Assembly (NCBI RefSeq): GCF_001194135.2
Contig: NC_068983.1
Span: 41,629,639 to 41,677,142 of the forward strand
Direction: 5' to 3'
Origin: Octopus bimaculoides
Lineage: Eukaryota
DNA: 47,504 bases
This document shows, in pieces, positions 11,345 through 23,330 of this stretch. The first letter of the stretch is position 1; each line of letters starts with the position of its first letter. A program made the position numbers and the translations under genes. The notes beneath the pieces were generated by a model. It worked only from the letters and a program-made list of their open reading frames with translations. It made no database searches and was not told the DNA's origin.

Positions 11345-11480
11345 CATTTCCTTTTCCATTGGACTTTCTTCTGTCTTTACTTCCGAAGAAGAGCTTTGCT
11401 CGAAACGTAAAAACCACCTTCCTTGAACGTCTACTAATACTTTACATGTACCACGTCCTCGCGTTGTTGTTTTTATATAT
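11345..11480 (+). mobile_element. Penelope-type LTR-like element carrying a core-mutated hammerhead motif
   Basis: ccgaagaagagctttgctcgaaacgta (U4->C). The flanks are homologous to 32600-32760. Confidence 0.65.
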
Positions 11481-12738
11481 GTGTGTGTGTGTGTGTGTGT
11501 ACGAAATGAGCAGTTACTATTTTCGACATTTAAGAGAAACAAGGCGATGTAGAATAAAATGTATGGTCAGTTTTACAACGGAATACCGACAGAGCTCTTC
11601 TTGAACTTAGTAACTGTTTCAAACATTTTGGGTTCGATGAAGAGAAAATAAATGAATGCAAATATTAAATATAGATTGTAAGAAACTAGAAGCTAAGGAT
11701 GGTAATATAGTTTAATAAAAATATGAAGACAAACAAAAAAAAAAAATAGTCTGGGGAAACGGTACGAAGATAGTCTGAAGGACGTTGACAAGTAGCGAAG
11801 GAAAGACAAAAACCAGAGTAGGAATTATTTTTCTAATTCCATTTTGCGTTATTGCTCACCAAAAATTTGTTAAAAAATAAATATAGTAAGATGAAGGAAA
11901 AAATAATAAAAAATNNNNNNNNNNNNNNNNNNNNNNNNNNNNNNNNNNNNNNNNNNNNNNNNNNNNNNNNNNNNNNNNNNNNNNNNNNNNNNNNNNNNNN
12001 NNNNNNNNNNNNNNNNNNNNNNNNNNNNNNNNNNNNNNNNNNNNNNNNNNNNNNNNNNNNNNNNNNNNNNNNNNNNNNNNNNNNNNNNNNNNNNNNNNNN
12101 NNNNNNNNNNNNNNNNNNNNNNNNNNNNNNNNNNNNNNNNNNNNNNNNNNNNNNNNNNNNNNNNNNNNNNNNNNNNNNNNNNNNNNNNNNNNNNNNNNNN
12201 NNNNNNNNNNNNNNNNNNNNNNNNNNNNNNNNNNNNNNNNNNNNNNNNNNNNNNNNNNNNNNNNNNNNNNNNNNNNNNNNNNNNNNNNNNNNNNNNNNNN
12301 NNNNNNNNNNNNNNNNNNNNNNNNNNNNNNNNNNNNNNNNNNNNNNNNNNNNNNNNNNNNNNNNNNNNNNNNNNNNNNNNNNNNNNNNNNNNNNNNNNNN
12401 NNNNNNNNNNNNNNNNNNNNNNNNNNNNNNNNNNNNNNNNNNNNNNNNNNNNNNNNNNNNNNNNNNNNNNNNNNNNNNNNNNNNNNNNNNNNNNNNNNNN
12501 NNNNNNNNNNNNNNNNNNNNNNNNNNNNNNNNNTCTAGCACCGAATCACCACCCCTTTTCTCATTAATATTTTCTATAACTCTTACGCGTTGAAAAATTA
12601 AGCCAAATAGCACACATTCACACTCGATCTTTTCTACACTAACTAGTCAAAATGATTGACTTATCTATTTTATTACCTCCAGTATTTTCATTTACATCTC
12701 ATTCCATTCTAATTTTTCAATTATATCATCTTCGTCGC

Positions 12739-12740
<2 letters not shown>

Positions 12741-12782
<42 letters not shown>

Positions 12783-12783
12783 T
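12741..12783. repeat. (TTA)n microsatellite
   Basis: About 14 units directly before a SINE-C head. Confidence 0.95.
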
Positions 12784-13255
12784 AAGGCGGCGAGCTGGCA
12801 GAATCGTTAGCACGCTTGGCGAAATGTTTAGCGGTATTTCGTCTATCCTCACGTTTTGAGTTCAAATGCCGCCGGGATTGACTTTGCCTTTCATCCTTTC
12901 GGGGTCGATCTAATCGACTGGCTCCTTCCTCCAAATTCCAGGCCTTGTGCATATAGTAGAAAGGATTACTACTACTACTACTACTACTACTACTATTCAG
13001 TTTGGTTCCTAAATATTCTAATATTTCTGCAGTTCAAAGAACCGTTATCGTGCCGGAAAAATGCTTTAGTGGCATATTCCATTTTTCACGTACTGAGTTC
13101 AGATTCCACCGAGGTCGACTTTGCCTTTCATCTTATCGGGGGTTGATAAAATAGGTACCAGTAACTACTGGTGGTGGTGTGGTGGAGTGTCGATGTAATT
13201 GATTTATCCCATCCCCACCACATTTACTGGCCTCGTGCCAAAAGTTGAAACCAAT
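12784..13255 (+). mobile_element. Two tandem SINE-C copies separated by (CTA)n
   Basis: Heads at about 12784 and 13010. Both contain gactttgcctttcatc and tail type 1 (ggccttgtgc.../ggcctcgtgccaaaagttgaaacc). Confidence 0.8.
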
Positions 13256-13563
13256 ATTTCTCCAGTCCTTTTCGACTGGTTATCGTCGTTGATGTTATCC
13301 CTTTTTCTAACGTAGTCCATTTTGTTCCGTTGGGTTTGTGACTGTATCAGTTGTGGCTCAACGGAGAGGGACGGTCTGAAAGAGAGCACGAGGTACTGAC
13401 TACAGAAACTAATTCTTATTAATAGTATTTATTTACAACGACTTTAATTATACGATAAAATGATAATAATTGCGCTTATAGTGATGGTTTCCTTGCTGAG
13501 GATGTTGCGACGGTCTTCAGTTTTGTGTTTTAAATGTCTTGTGCTATGTCTTATAAGCTCATG

Positions 13564-13921
13564 TTGTTGCCACTCCGTCGCTTACGACGTCGAGGGTTCC
13601 AGTTGATCCGATCAACGGAACAGCCTGCTGTGTGAAATTAACGTGCAAGTGGCTGAGCACTCCACAGACACGTGTACCCATAGCATAGTTCTCGGGAATA
13701 TTCAGCGTGACACAGAGTGTGACGAGGCTGACCCTTTGAATTACAGGCACAACAGAAACAGGAAGTAAGAGTGCGAGAAAGTTGTGGTGAAAGAGTACAG
13801 CAGGGTTCGCTTTTAGGTGTTTTCGCTCAATAAATACTCAAAACGTCCGGTCTAGGAATCGAAACCGCGATCCTATGACCGCGAGTCCGCTGCCCTAACC
13901 ACTGGGCCATTGCGCCTCCAC
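13564..13921 (-). mobile_element. SINE-B (young subfamily) with 10-bp TSD
   Basis: TSD taagctcatg at 13554-13563 and 13923-13932; full head and tail with an internal deletion. Confidence 0.92.
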
Positions 13922-14539
13922 TTAAGCTCATGATCGTTCTATAACCAAAAACGTTCCATATATGACCTTCCATCATAAGCATTTGTTTTCTGACAATGTT
14001 CTAAGAGCTAAGTAAGTCTAATCTTTGATATTTTAGACAGCATGATGTAATTTGAGAAACATTTGACTGCTATTTCTAGTTGGCTGCATGACCACATTGG
14101 GGGTTCTCTCCTTTGCACAACTCTGCCTTTTTTCATTGAATTGAGGTTTGGCTTTACTTCCCCCACCCCACCCCGCCAGTTTTTATATATTCTGAGATAT
14201 TGTCCACCCACCCCTCACCATTAATGGCCCCTACATACAAATTAAGCTAATTACACAATTCATAATTTCATTTTCCATTAATTTACCTGACGTTATTGTT
14301 ACCTTATCTCTTACAGAGACCGTGTATATGTATGTACGTGGTTACTGTATATTTGTGTGAATGTGTGTGTTAATTGAATAAAAATAACACTCGACCAAAA
14401 TAAAAATATTAGTCCTTGCTTTGGTACACAGTACCCTGTAGAATCCTGTCTTTGGACAGTCAACACTAAACGGACGCGTGGTTATTCCGTCCGTTCCTTT
14501 GTCGTGTTTCTGTTTAATTTTCGAAACACATACACATAC

Positions 14540-14645
14540 ACATATACAAACAAAAATACCCTGTTGTTGATGTTGAAATTCCAATGAAGGAACCTTGGAT
14601 CTGGGTTAGAAATCGGTTCTTTCTCTATTGGCAAGAAATTTTGAA
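14540..14645 (+). mobile_element. 3' UTR fragment of the R4-like RLE LINE
   Basis: aaaaataccctgttgttgatgttgaaattccaatgaaggaaccttggatctgggttagaaatcggttctttctctattggcaagaaa, as at 4140-4230. Confidence 0.75.
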
Positions 14646-15321
14646 GTACATTAAAAATATGCAAGACTTTTCTCAAATTCCAAAAGTGAATTATTTGTTC
14701 CAAAGAGGAGGCCTTGTATCTTTGTTGGAAGATTTATAATAATTACAAAATAAANNNNNNNNNNNNNNNNNNNNNNNNNNNNNNNNNNNNNNNNNNNNNN
14801 NNNNNNNNNNNNNNNNNNNNNNNNNNNNNNNNNNNNNNNNNNNNNNNNNNNNNNNNNNNNNNNNNNNNNNNNNNNNNNNNNNNNNNNNNNNNNNNNNNNN
14901 NNNNNNNNNNNNNNNNNNNNNNNNNNNNNNNNNNNNNNNNNNNNNNNNNNNNNNNNNNNNNNNNNNNNNNNNNNNNNNNNNNNNNNNNNNNNNNNNNNNN
15001 NNNNNNNNNNNNNNNNNNNNNNNNNNNNNNNNNNNNNNNNNNNNNNNNNNNNNNNNNNNNNNNNNNNNNNNNNNNNNNNNNNNNNNNNNNNNNNNNNNNN
15101 NNNNNNNNNNNNNNNNNNNNNNNNNNNNNNNNNNNNNNNNNNNNNNNNNNNNNNNNNNNNNNNNNNNNNNNNNNNNNNNNNNNNNNNNNNNNNNNNNNNN
15201 NNNNNNNNNNNNNNNNNNNNNNNNNNNNNNNNNNNNNNNNNNNNNNNNNNNNNNNNNNNNNNNNNNNNNNNNNNNNNNNNNNNNNNNNNNNNNNNNNNNN
15301 NNNNNNNNNNNNNNNNNNNNN

Positions 15322-15490
15322 TATATATACATATATATATACGACGGACTTCTTCCAGTTTCCGTCTACCAAATCCACTCACAAGGCTTTGGTCGGCCCG
15401 AGGCTATAGTAGAAGACACTTGCCCAAGGTGCCACGCAGTGGGACTGAACCCGGAACCATGTGGTTGGTAAGCAAGCTACTTACCACACA
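15322..15490 (-). mobile_element. SINE-A 5' half
   Basis: Near-identical to the reverse complement of 35512-35645. Confidence 0.9.
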
Positions 15491-16180
15491 ACGCAGACCA
15501 CCCGACCTCGAAACATCACCGCCATTATCATTACTGCCTGTATCAACATGCCACCACCGCGATCGTCTTCATCACTATTATGGCCAACACCACAGTTACC
15601 CCACCACCACCATCGTCATCATCAAGTGGGATTCGCTCGGTCTAGGATCTCTTTTCTAGATGGCTAAACACGCCTCTGCAGCTCAGACAGACGGATAATC
15701 AGTGGAATTATTACAGGAGATGGATGGCAGGGCACATTAATTTTCTAGAACGATAATGAAAGCAATGTGAAAACAACTGATTAATACACAGAGAGAGAGA
15801 GAGAATGAATGAATGAATGTAAATATGAAGAATGGAAAGAGAAAAAATAAAGAAATCCTGCCTACCCCTTGAGTTCACACAAGTGGATAACCGCGCGCCA
15901 TGTAGTGTGTGTTTGTGGTTGTGTTCATTTAAAGCCTTTTCTAAATTACTGTTCTTTAGAAGTTTCTGTTCGTTTATATACTCATATATACACGTGTGTG
16001 TGTGTTGTATTTGTGTACATAAGTATTTGTGTACATTGCATACATAAATGTATGTATATGCATACACATACACACACATCCCGGTCATTTTAATCCTGAA
16101 AAATGACCTAATTCGAAACGTTGGAACTACCACTCCTCGCGGTAGTTTCATTTCATACACTCTCTCAGCGACGCATTCTG

Positions 16181-16215
<35 letters not shown>

Positions 16216-16344
16216 ATAGAACCTCCCAAAATAAGACACCAGTATTTAAGCTTTGTCCAAGCATAATTAGGTTACCTATGAAGAAAATCAAAGTAAGCGG
16301 TCTTTACAAACTGTGTATCCACAAGCATATTCCACTTTACAAGT

Positions 16345-16603
16345 GTGTGACGCGTCGTGTCCTTGAGCAAGACACTTTATTTCACGTTATTCCAGTCCAC
16401 TCAGCTGACAAAAAGGAGTTGTACTTGTTTTTCAAAAGGCCGACCGTGTCACAATTTGTGTCATGCTGAACATCCCTGAGAACTACGTTTAGGGTATACA
16501 TGTCTGTGGAGTGCTCAGTCACTTGCACGTTGATTTCACGAGCAAGCTGTTCCGCTGATCGTATCAGCTGGGAACATCGTCGTCGTAACCGACGGAGTGA
16601 CAC
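16345..16603 (+). mobile_element. SINE-B, 5'-truncated CORE subfamily
   Basis: gtgtccttgagcaagacactttatttcacg...gtgctcagtcacttgcacg...tcgtcgtcgtaaccgacggag. Confidence 0.85.
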
Positions 16604-16749
16604 CACACTATCTCACAAACATACGTTTCTGTTTGCCCCAAATTGCCACTTGTGCATTCATATGTCTGTATGAGCCTTTTCGTCGTTACAGTTCCTGCAA
16701 CCCCATATACGCGGTCGCATGTTGTTAGGGGTGTGTGTGTGCGTGCGCG

Positions 16750-17008
16750 CGGGCTGTGAAATCGAAACAAAACAACTCCGACTCTGACTCCTGTACTACT
16801 GGCACCTCTGACTCCGCTTTATGTAATGATGTGATTGTGGTCTCCATATAATGCATATGCATACGCTTGTACTTTGAGTAGGCCTATATGCTATAACTGG
16901 TTTATATTAAAGAATAAAGAAGATATTGTGAGTCGGAGTCCGTATGGTTTTACCGACTCCAACTCCAGCTACCTTTTCATTGTTTGCGACTCCAAGTCCA
17001 CAGCCCTG
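16750..17008. mobile_element. hAT-like MITE
   Basis: Left end c(a)gggctgtg (degenerate), right end cgactccaagtccacagccctg, with internal gactcc/ggagtc subterminal repeats. No TSD is visible. Confidence 0.55.
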
Positions 17009-17179
17009 TGTTTTTTTACACCACATGTCAATTGATAAGCTGCTTTATATCTAATTAATATATATATGTGTTTGTGTGTGTGTGTATGATCATCAGTATA
17101 TGTGTGTACTTACGTGTGTATCTATACGCGTAGTTTAAATATGAATGATCTTGATTGACCGCTAGCTCCAAAAGTTTTT

Positions 17180-17340
17180 GCATTCTCTCTGTTATTTCCT
17201 CGTGTTCCTTTTTGTTGAACAGCGTAGGTTCGAAACGTTAAAACCTTTCTCACCTTCCCGAGCGTTAAACTAATACACCTGTTTGTTGTTTATATACCTG
17301 TCTTCGTCTTTTGCTTTTCTGTAAATTTCAACTATATATA
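17180..17340 (+). mobile_element. Penelope-type LTR-like element with a degenerate hammerhead-like motif
   Basis: tttgttgaacagcgtaggttcgaaacgttaaaac; the downstream layout (…ttgttgtt…gtcttttg…aaatttca + TA repeat) matches 32600-32760. Confidence 0.5.
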
Positions 17341-17359
17341 ATTAATGTATTTCCTATAA

Positions 17360-17398
<39 letters not shown>

Positions 17399-17708
17399 CA
17401 TATATCTATGTACAGGTGTTTTTTCTTGCTGTGTGTAGTTAAATATCTGCTTATTTATATATCTGTATAGCTATCTATGTATGTTTGTGTATTTATATAT
17501 GCATTTAGGCGTGTGTAGATGTCGCTGAATGTGTATATACGTGTCTGTATATGTGCGTGTATATATTTATATATATGTGTGTATGTGCGTATATGCATGT
17601 AGATGTGCATGTATATATGCACATATATATATATGTATATATAAAATCTTGTATGTGTGTATGTAGTACACCTGCACACAGCCAAACTCATAGCCATATA
17701 TTTATAAA

Positions 17709-17930
17709 TTGAATTTTTTTCTTGCAATCGCTTTATCCCGGTTAGGGTCGCGGCTAGAAGACCATGCTGGAGCAATATTTTGCGGCCGACCTCCTCCCAC
17801 AAATGACTACCTCACAATAGACTCCCCAACGGCTCCACTGTTCGATGGTGAAGCCACAGCACGGGAACACTGGCATTCGAACCTGGGGCCTTGTGATTCC
17901 CGACTGATTGCTCCGCCACAGAATTGTCAT
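17709..17930 (-). mobile_element. Old tRNA-derived SINE, only copy of its family in the window
   Basis: Reverse complement has tgtggcggagcaatcag...ggttcgaatgcc (B-box-like) and ends ccctaaccgggataaagcgattgcaagaaaaaaa. Confidence 0.45.
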
Positions 17931-18019
17931 CCAGTATCTAAATACATATGTAATGTATACACTTTTTTAACTTTTTTTTTGTTAAACTTCCTCGATGTCT
18001 TGTGTGTTGTGTAAATTGT

Positions 18020-18560
18020 TTTATATCTTAATATATATATGTATGTTTGTATATACATGAATATGTGTGTGTATACATGTATATATATGTCTATATTTAT
18101 ATATGTCTATATGTGTGTGTATATACATATATGCATGTCTATATATATATATGTGTGTGTGTGTGTATAGATATGTTTGCATATGTCTGTCTATGTGTGT
18201 GTGTGTGTGTGTATAGATATGTTTGCATATGTCTGTCTGTGTGTGTGTGTGTGTATAGATATGTTTGCATATGTCTGTCTGTGTGTGTGTGTGTGTGTGT
18301 ATAGATATGTTTGCATATGTCTGTGTATGTGTGTCTGTGTGTATATATGTCTGTCTATATGTGTGTAAGCATGTATATATGTTTATATATGTATATATGT
18401 CTATATATATGTGTGTGTATGAATATATCTTTCTACATATACGTGTATGCATATATATGTGTGTACTTGTATATATGTGTATGTATATTGTGTTTATATG
18501 TACATATATGTGTCTATATATGTATGTTTGTATGTGTGTGTGTATATATATAATATAATG
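18020..18560. repeat. Compound (TA/TG)n low-complexity field including a ~45-bp minisatellite
   Basis: Unit gtatagatatgtttgcatatgtctgt+(GT)n occurs four times at about 18163-18330. Confidence 0.9.
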
Positions 18561-18938
18561 TACACACTTTCACTACCTATGCACACACATAGTATAGTAT
18601 ATTCAAAATAAACACGAGAAATATTCATAAAACTATGAAGTGTGTGTCGAGACATCTAGAAATAGATGTTAAACACACACACACACACACTCATATATTC
18701 ACGTCATTGAATATTTGAAGATTACCTATAAATGCTTTAGTGTAGGTGTATATAAGGAGCTGACCGATCACCAGACTTGTGGGTGTATATATGTGGTATA
18801 TTGATCTGTAATAATAAATTCATATATTGATCATTTGCCGTAAACTAAAGTATCACTCTGTACACATGTGTGTGCATAACTCTATGTAGCTCTTTGTATA
18901 AGATGAATATAATATATATAAATATATATATGTGTGTG

Positions 18939-18970
<32 letters not shown>

Positions 18971-19656
18971 ATATATATGTACATATACTCTAAATAAACA
19001 CACATTCTAAATACATACGTATACATATGTGTGAGTGTTTTCTAATTACATATTAACACAAATATATATAGACATGTTATAAATCATTATTTTATATCCT
19101 GTGAGCTTGTCTTATCCTCCGTCCTCGCGGTGATAAGTTTTTCATCATCATCATCATCATCATCATTATTATTAATTGCTATCATAACTTGTATTATTTG
19201 CTTTTTTCCTCCACACACAAGCGTATATCTTTTCCCTAGTTAGCTACATGAGTTGACCTTTTCGTCGAAAGGTCATCCTTGAGATCCATCATTTGGTCAG
19301 ACAGCAGGATTCTGTAACAATAATTCAATATACGAAGGGATGCGTCGAGCTGTTTAGCAATGCGTGCGCCCACGTGTGTGTGTGTATGTATGTGTGTGTG
19401 TGTGTGTGTGTTCAGAGAGACACAGAGCTAGTTTTGTATATACGTAGATAAATGTATGTTTAATTATGTATAAATATGTTACATACATGTATGTATATAC
19501 ACATTTGCTTGCATATTATGTGTACACACACACGTAAATACAAACATGAATGTATCGCATGTAAAGTAGGTGTACGTGTGTGTATACGTATATATTGATA
19601 TATTATGTCTACATAAATGTACATATTTGTTTGTATACATACGTTCAAATCATTCT

Positions 19657-19693
<37 letters not shown>

Positions 19694-20624
19694 TTTGGCA
19701 GAAATGGTCATCCCGAAATATAACAATATATATGTACATAAAATTTTAGGTGTTTGGATTGTTTCCGTACATACGTGTGTGTGTCAGAGAGAGAGAGAGA
19801 GAGAGAGAAAGTGCTGTGTAGTCATATAGTTGTGTACATATACGTTGGAAACAGCATAAAACTGATTACTACTCTGTCTGTCTGTCTGTCTCTCTTTCTC
19901 TCTCTATCCACCCTCCCCATAATTTCTCAGTAGCGATCTTTCCATATGTCTGTCTATAAAAAGCCCTCCTTTACACACCGCAGCGCTCGCGCACGCACAC
20001 ACATGGTTTCTAATTTTCGATTTCACAAACCACCTTCGTAAAAACCACTAGATAATAAAACATTCTGTCTTTAGAATATGTGAATTTGGAACCCATCTCT
20101 TTAATCCCTGTCAATTTGATGATGAAGGTCATGCTCTGCCGCCCTTTAATACCCTTCTATTAATCTATCCCCAAGGAATTGTTAAGACCCGGGTACATGG
20201 CTATGTAGTATGAAAAGAAAGCACTCTGACCGGCGTGTCGGTCCGTTCTAGCGACAAATGCTTCTAGGTGTGGCTAGTGACAACTCCCACTTCTCTCTCT
20301 CTCTCTCGTTGGTGTATGTTATAAAAATATTTGTCACATGTGTCTTCGTTTAGTCCTATATTTATCGAGAAAAACCTAATTATGCCTGGTGTGTGTCTTT
20401 GTAGTAAACTGATTGAAGGACTCAATATATACCTAGATACTAAAACCAAAGGAGGTTCACAGGTGAAAAAACAAAACAAAAATAGTTGAGAAACTTTAAA
20501 CAATTTCGGCATGTGCGTATATACGAGTGTTGTATGTATGCATGTATATTTACTGTACACTATATTCAACACAGTTTCACGTATGTATTTATGATAAGCA
20601 TCTATCCACATCTTTGTATATATA

Positions 20625-20655
<31 letters not shown>

Positions 20656-20656
20656 G

Positions 20657-20690
<34 letters not shown>

Positions 20691-20773
20691 AACATACTAC
20701 AAAAATTGATCGATAAGGTAAATTTGATTGCTCATCCTTCCGTAAATGCTTGCTGTGTGTATGATATATAAAT

Positions 20774-21086
20774 AGAGGCGGAGAGGTGGTAGAAACGTTC
20801 GTCTGCCGCTACGTTCTGAGTTCAAATCCCGCCGAGGTCGACCTTGCCTTTCATCCTTTAGGGGTCGATTAAATAAGTACCAGTTACGCACTGGGTCGAT
20901 CTAATCGACTGCCCCCCCCCCCAAATTTCAGGCCTTGTGCCTATTGTGCCAAATCCGTTTGTCTGTCCTTGTTTGTCCCCTCTGTGTGTAGCCCCTTGTG
21001 GGTAATAAAAAAATAAGAAACGTTTGCACGCCGGGCGAAATACTTAGCGGTATTTCGCCTGTCTTTATGTTCCGAGTTCAAATTCC
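20774..21086 (+). mobile_element. SINE-C with two successive tails, followed by a second SINE-C head
   Basis: Tail 1 (ccccaaatttcaggccttgtgcc) is followed by tail 2 (aatccgtttgtctgtcc...aataag), then aaacgtttgcacgccgggcgaaa. Confidence 0.85.
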
Positions 21087-21551
21087 NNNNNNNNNNNNNN
21101 NNNNNNNNNNNNNNNNNNNNNNNNNNNNNNNNNNNNNNNNNNNNNNNNNNNNNNNNNNNNNNNNNNNNNNNNNNNNNNNNNNNNNNNNNNNNNNNNNNNN
21201 NNNNNNNNNNNNNNNNNNNNNNNNNNNNNNNNNNNNNNNNNNNNNNNNNNNNNNNNNNNNNNNNNNNNNNNNNNNNNNNNNNNNNNNNNNNNNNNNNNNN
21301 NNNNNNNNNNNNNNNNNNNNNNNNNNNNNNNNNNNNNNNNNNNNNNNNNNNNNNNNNNNNNNNNNNNNNNNNNNNNNNNNNNNNNNNNNNNNNNNNNNNN
21401 NNNNNNNNNNNNNNNNNNNNNNNNNNNNNNNNNNNNNNNNNNNNNNNNNNNNNNNNNNNNNNNNNNNNNNNNNNNNNNNNNNNNNNNNNNNNNNNNNNNN
21501 NNNNNNNNNNNNNNNNNNNNNNNNNNNNNNNNNNNNNNNNNNNNNNNNNNN

Positions 21552-21706
21552 TCTTTCAATTTCCGTCTACCAAATCCACTCACAAGGCTTTGGTCGGCCG
21601 GAGGCTATAGTAGAAAACACTTGCCCAAGCTGCCACGCAGTGGGACTGAACCCGGAACCGTGTGGTTGGTAAGCAAGCTACTTACCACACAGCCACTCCT
21701 ACGCCT
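21552..21706 (-). mobile_element. SINE-A 5' half
   Basis: Reverse complement: aggcgtaggagtggctgtgtggtaagtagcttgc... Confidence 0.9.
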
Positions 21707-22701
21707 ATATATATATGTGTGTGTGTGTGTGTGTATGTATGTATATAAATATATGCGTATATATGTATGGCGGCAAACACATGCCATGTATGTGTGTGAG
21801 GTATTTCAAAGTGTTGCTGCGCAAGATTTTGCTGCTCTGCATGTCTCAGTACTTCACACTAGTAGGTGTGTATGTATGTAGGTGCGTGCGCACGTGTATA
21901 TTTCTCTATATGCGTTCGTGTCAGTTTCGTCAACCCCACCCCCTCTCTTCCCCCTCTCATTCTCTCTTATTCCTGACAACAATCTGTAGTGACATTGTCA
22001 CATTTTTTATTATTGCTCTGGTTTTTTTGTTTTTTTACTTTTTTTTTCACGATGTACATGACGATGTCACATATTGTTTGGAACAAAACTAAAATGGAAC
22101 TGTATCTAAAAATAAATTGCAGTAGTAGTAGTAGTAGTAGTAGCAGTGGCAGCACTATTATCACTATTATTACTGAGAATTTATGGTGGCAAACTTACAT
22201 CAATTAAGCAAAGACTGCAAGTGAATTAAGGGCACCCTTTCCCCTTTTAGCATGCGAAACAAATGCCCTACAGTCTGTTGGTGGGACTCGCAGTGGTGTG
22301 CTGCTGCGCGCGCGCACACACGCACACCCGATACCACATTCAAAGGAACTGCCTCTTGACTGATAAGGTGTGGCTCACAAACGCACTTGAAGTGAAGGTC
22401 CTCAGACTCGCTGTCTCCTCTCCTTGTGTTTTATCACCACTACACAAGCCTTCGATGTTCGGAGTTGTCTATCGTTTTCTTGTCACCCGTATTGTGTCCA
22501 CCGCTAACCATAACGCCGAGTCCTTCCCTTCCGGACGTCGGTCCCCTCACATTTTCTGTCACATAGTTTTTGTTTTTCTCACTTGTAACATTTCAAATGG
22601 ATTGTTCGCAATATCTTGGGACAGTCTATATACATACATAAAACAAAACCTAGAAATCTACACATACATACAGAAGCAGTATTAATACCGAAACAATCTT
22701 T

Positions 22702-22862
22702 AGGCACAGGAGTGGCTGTGGGGTAAGTACCTTGCTTACCAACCACATGGTTCCGGGTTCAGTCAGCTTCACTGCGTGGCACCTTGGGCAAGTGTCTTCT
22801 ACTTTAGTCTCGGGCCGACCAAAGCATTGGGAGTGGATTTGGTAGACGGGAGCTGAAAGAAG

Positions 22863-22916
<54 letters not shown>
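22702..22916 (+). mobile_element. SINE-A 5' half + (AT)n
   Basis: aggcacaggagtggctgtggggtaag...ccttgggcaagtgtcttctac...ctgaaagaagcctatata. Confidence 0.9.
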
Positions 22917-22932
<16 letters not shown>

Positions 22933-23109
22933 TGTAATTTCGCTTGATATTTTCAGTTCATCTGACTAAAAGTACAGTTTCCACACTGGTGTTACAATAG
23001 TCTGTTTGGTTAAGGAAAGGCATCTAGCGATCTTTGACAAAGACAACTTTCTCCCCGTTTATCTGAGTATGGCAGAAGTGTGTGTGTGTGTTTCATAAAT
23101 AATCTGTCA

Positions 23110-23330
23110 CTAAGCCGTCAGCGTTCCATTTTGCTCCGATATTTCCTGTAATGGCTACTTCCTTGATGGGTTTTTCCTTTCACCTCTCTCTGTTTCCATT
23201 TTCTTGTTAAAATATTTCCAGTGTTTTCCTGATGAAATAGCTTTAATCTATTTCTGTTTACTGTTATTGTCTCAATAATTTGTTTGTTGTCAGTGTTTCC
23301 TCTCGGGCATCAATAATCTCCCATAGATTC
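23110..23330 (-). pseudogene. Possible decayed RTE-like LINE C-terminal fragment
   Basis: With one frameshift the minus strand reads ENTGNILTRK/METERGERKNP, loosely like LEK.IL.GK.EG.R.RGRP. The match is weak. Confidence 0.25.

Noticed and set aside
19254-19275. 9-bp hairpin tgacctttt-cgtc-gaaaggtca
   Set aside because: An isolated short stem with no ribozyme core or other context; expected by chance.
22263-22685. 140-aa ORF in partly unique sequence
   Set aside because: It includes microsatellite translation, has no recognisable domain and shows no splice-site support.
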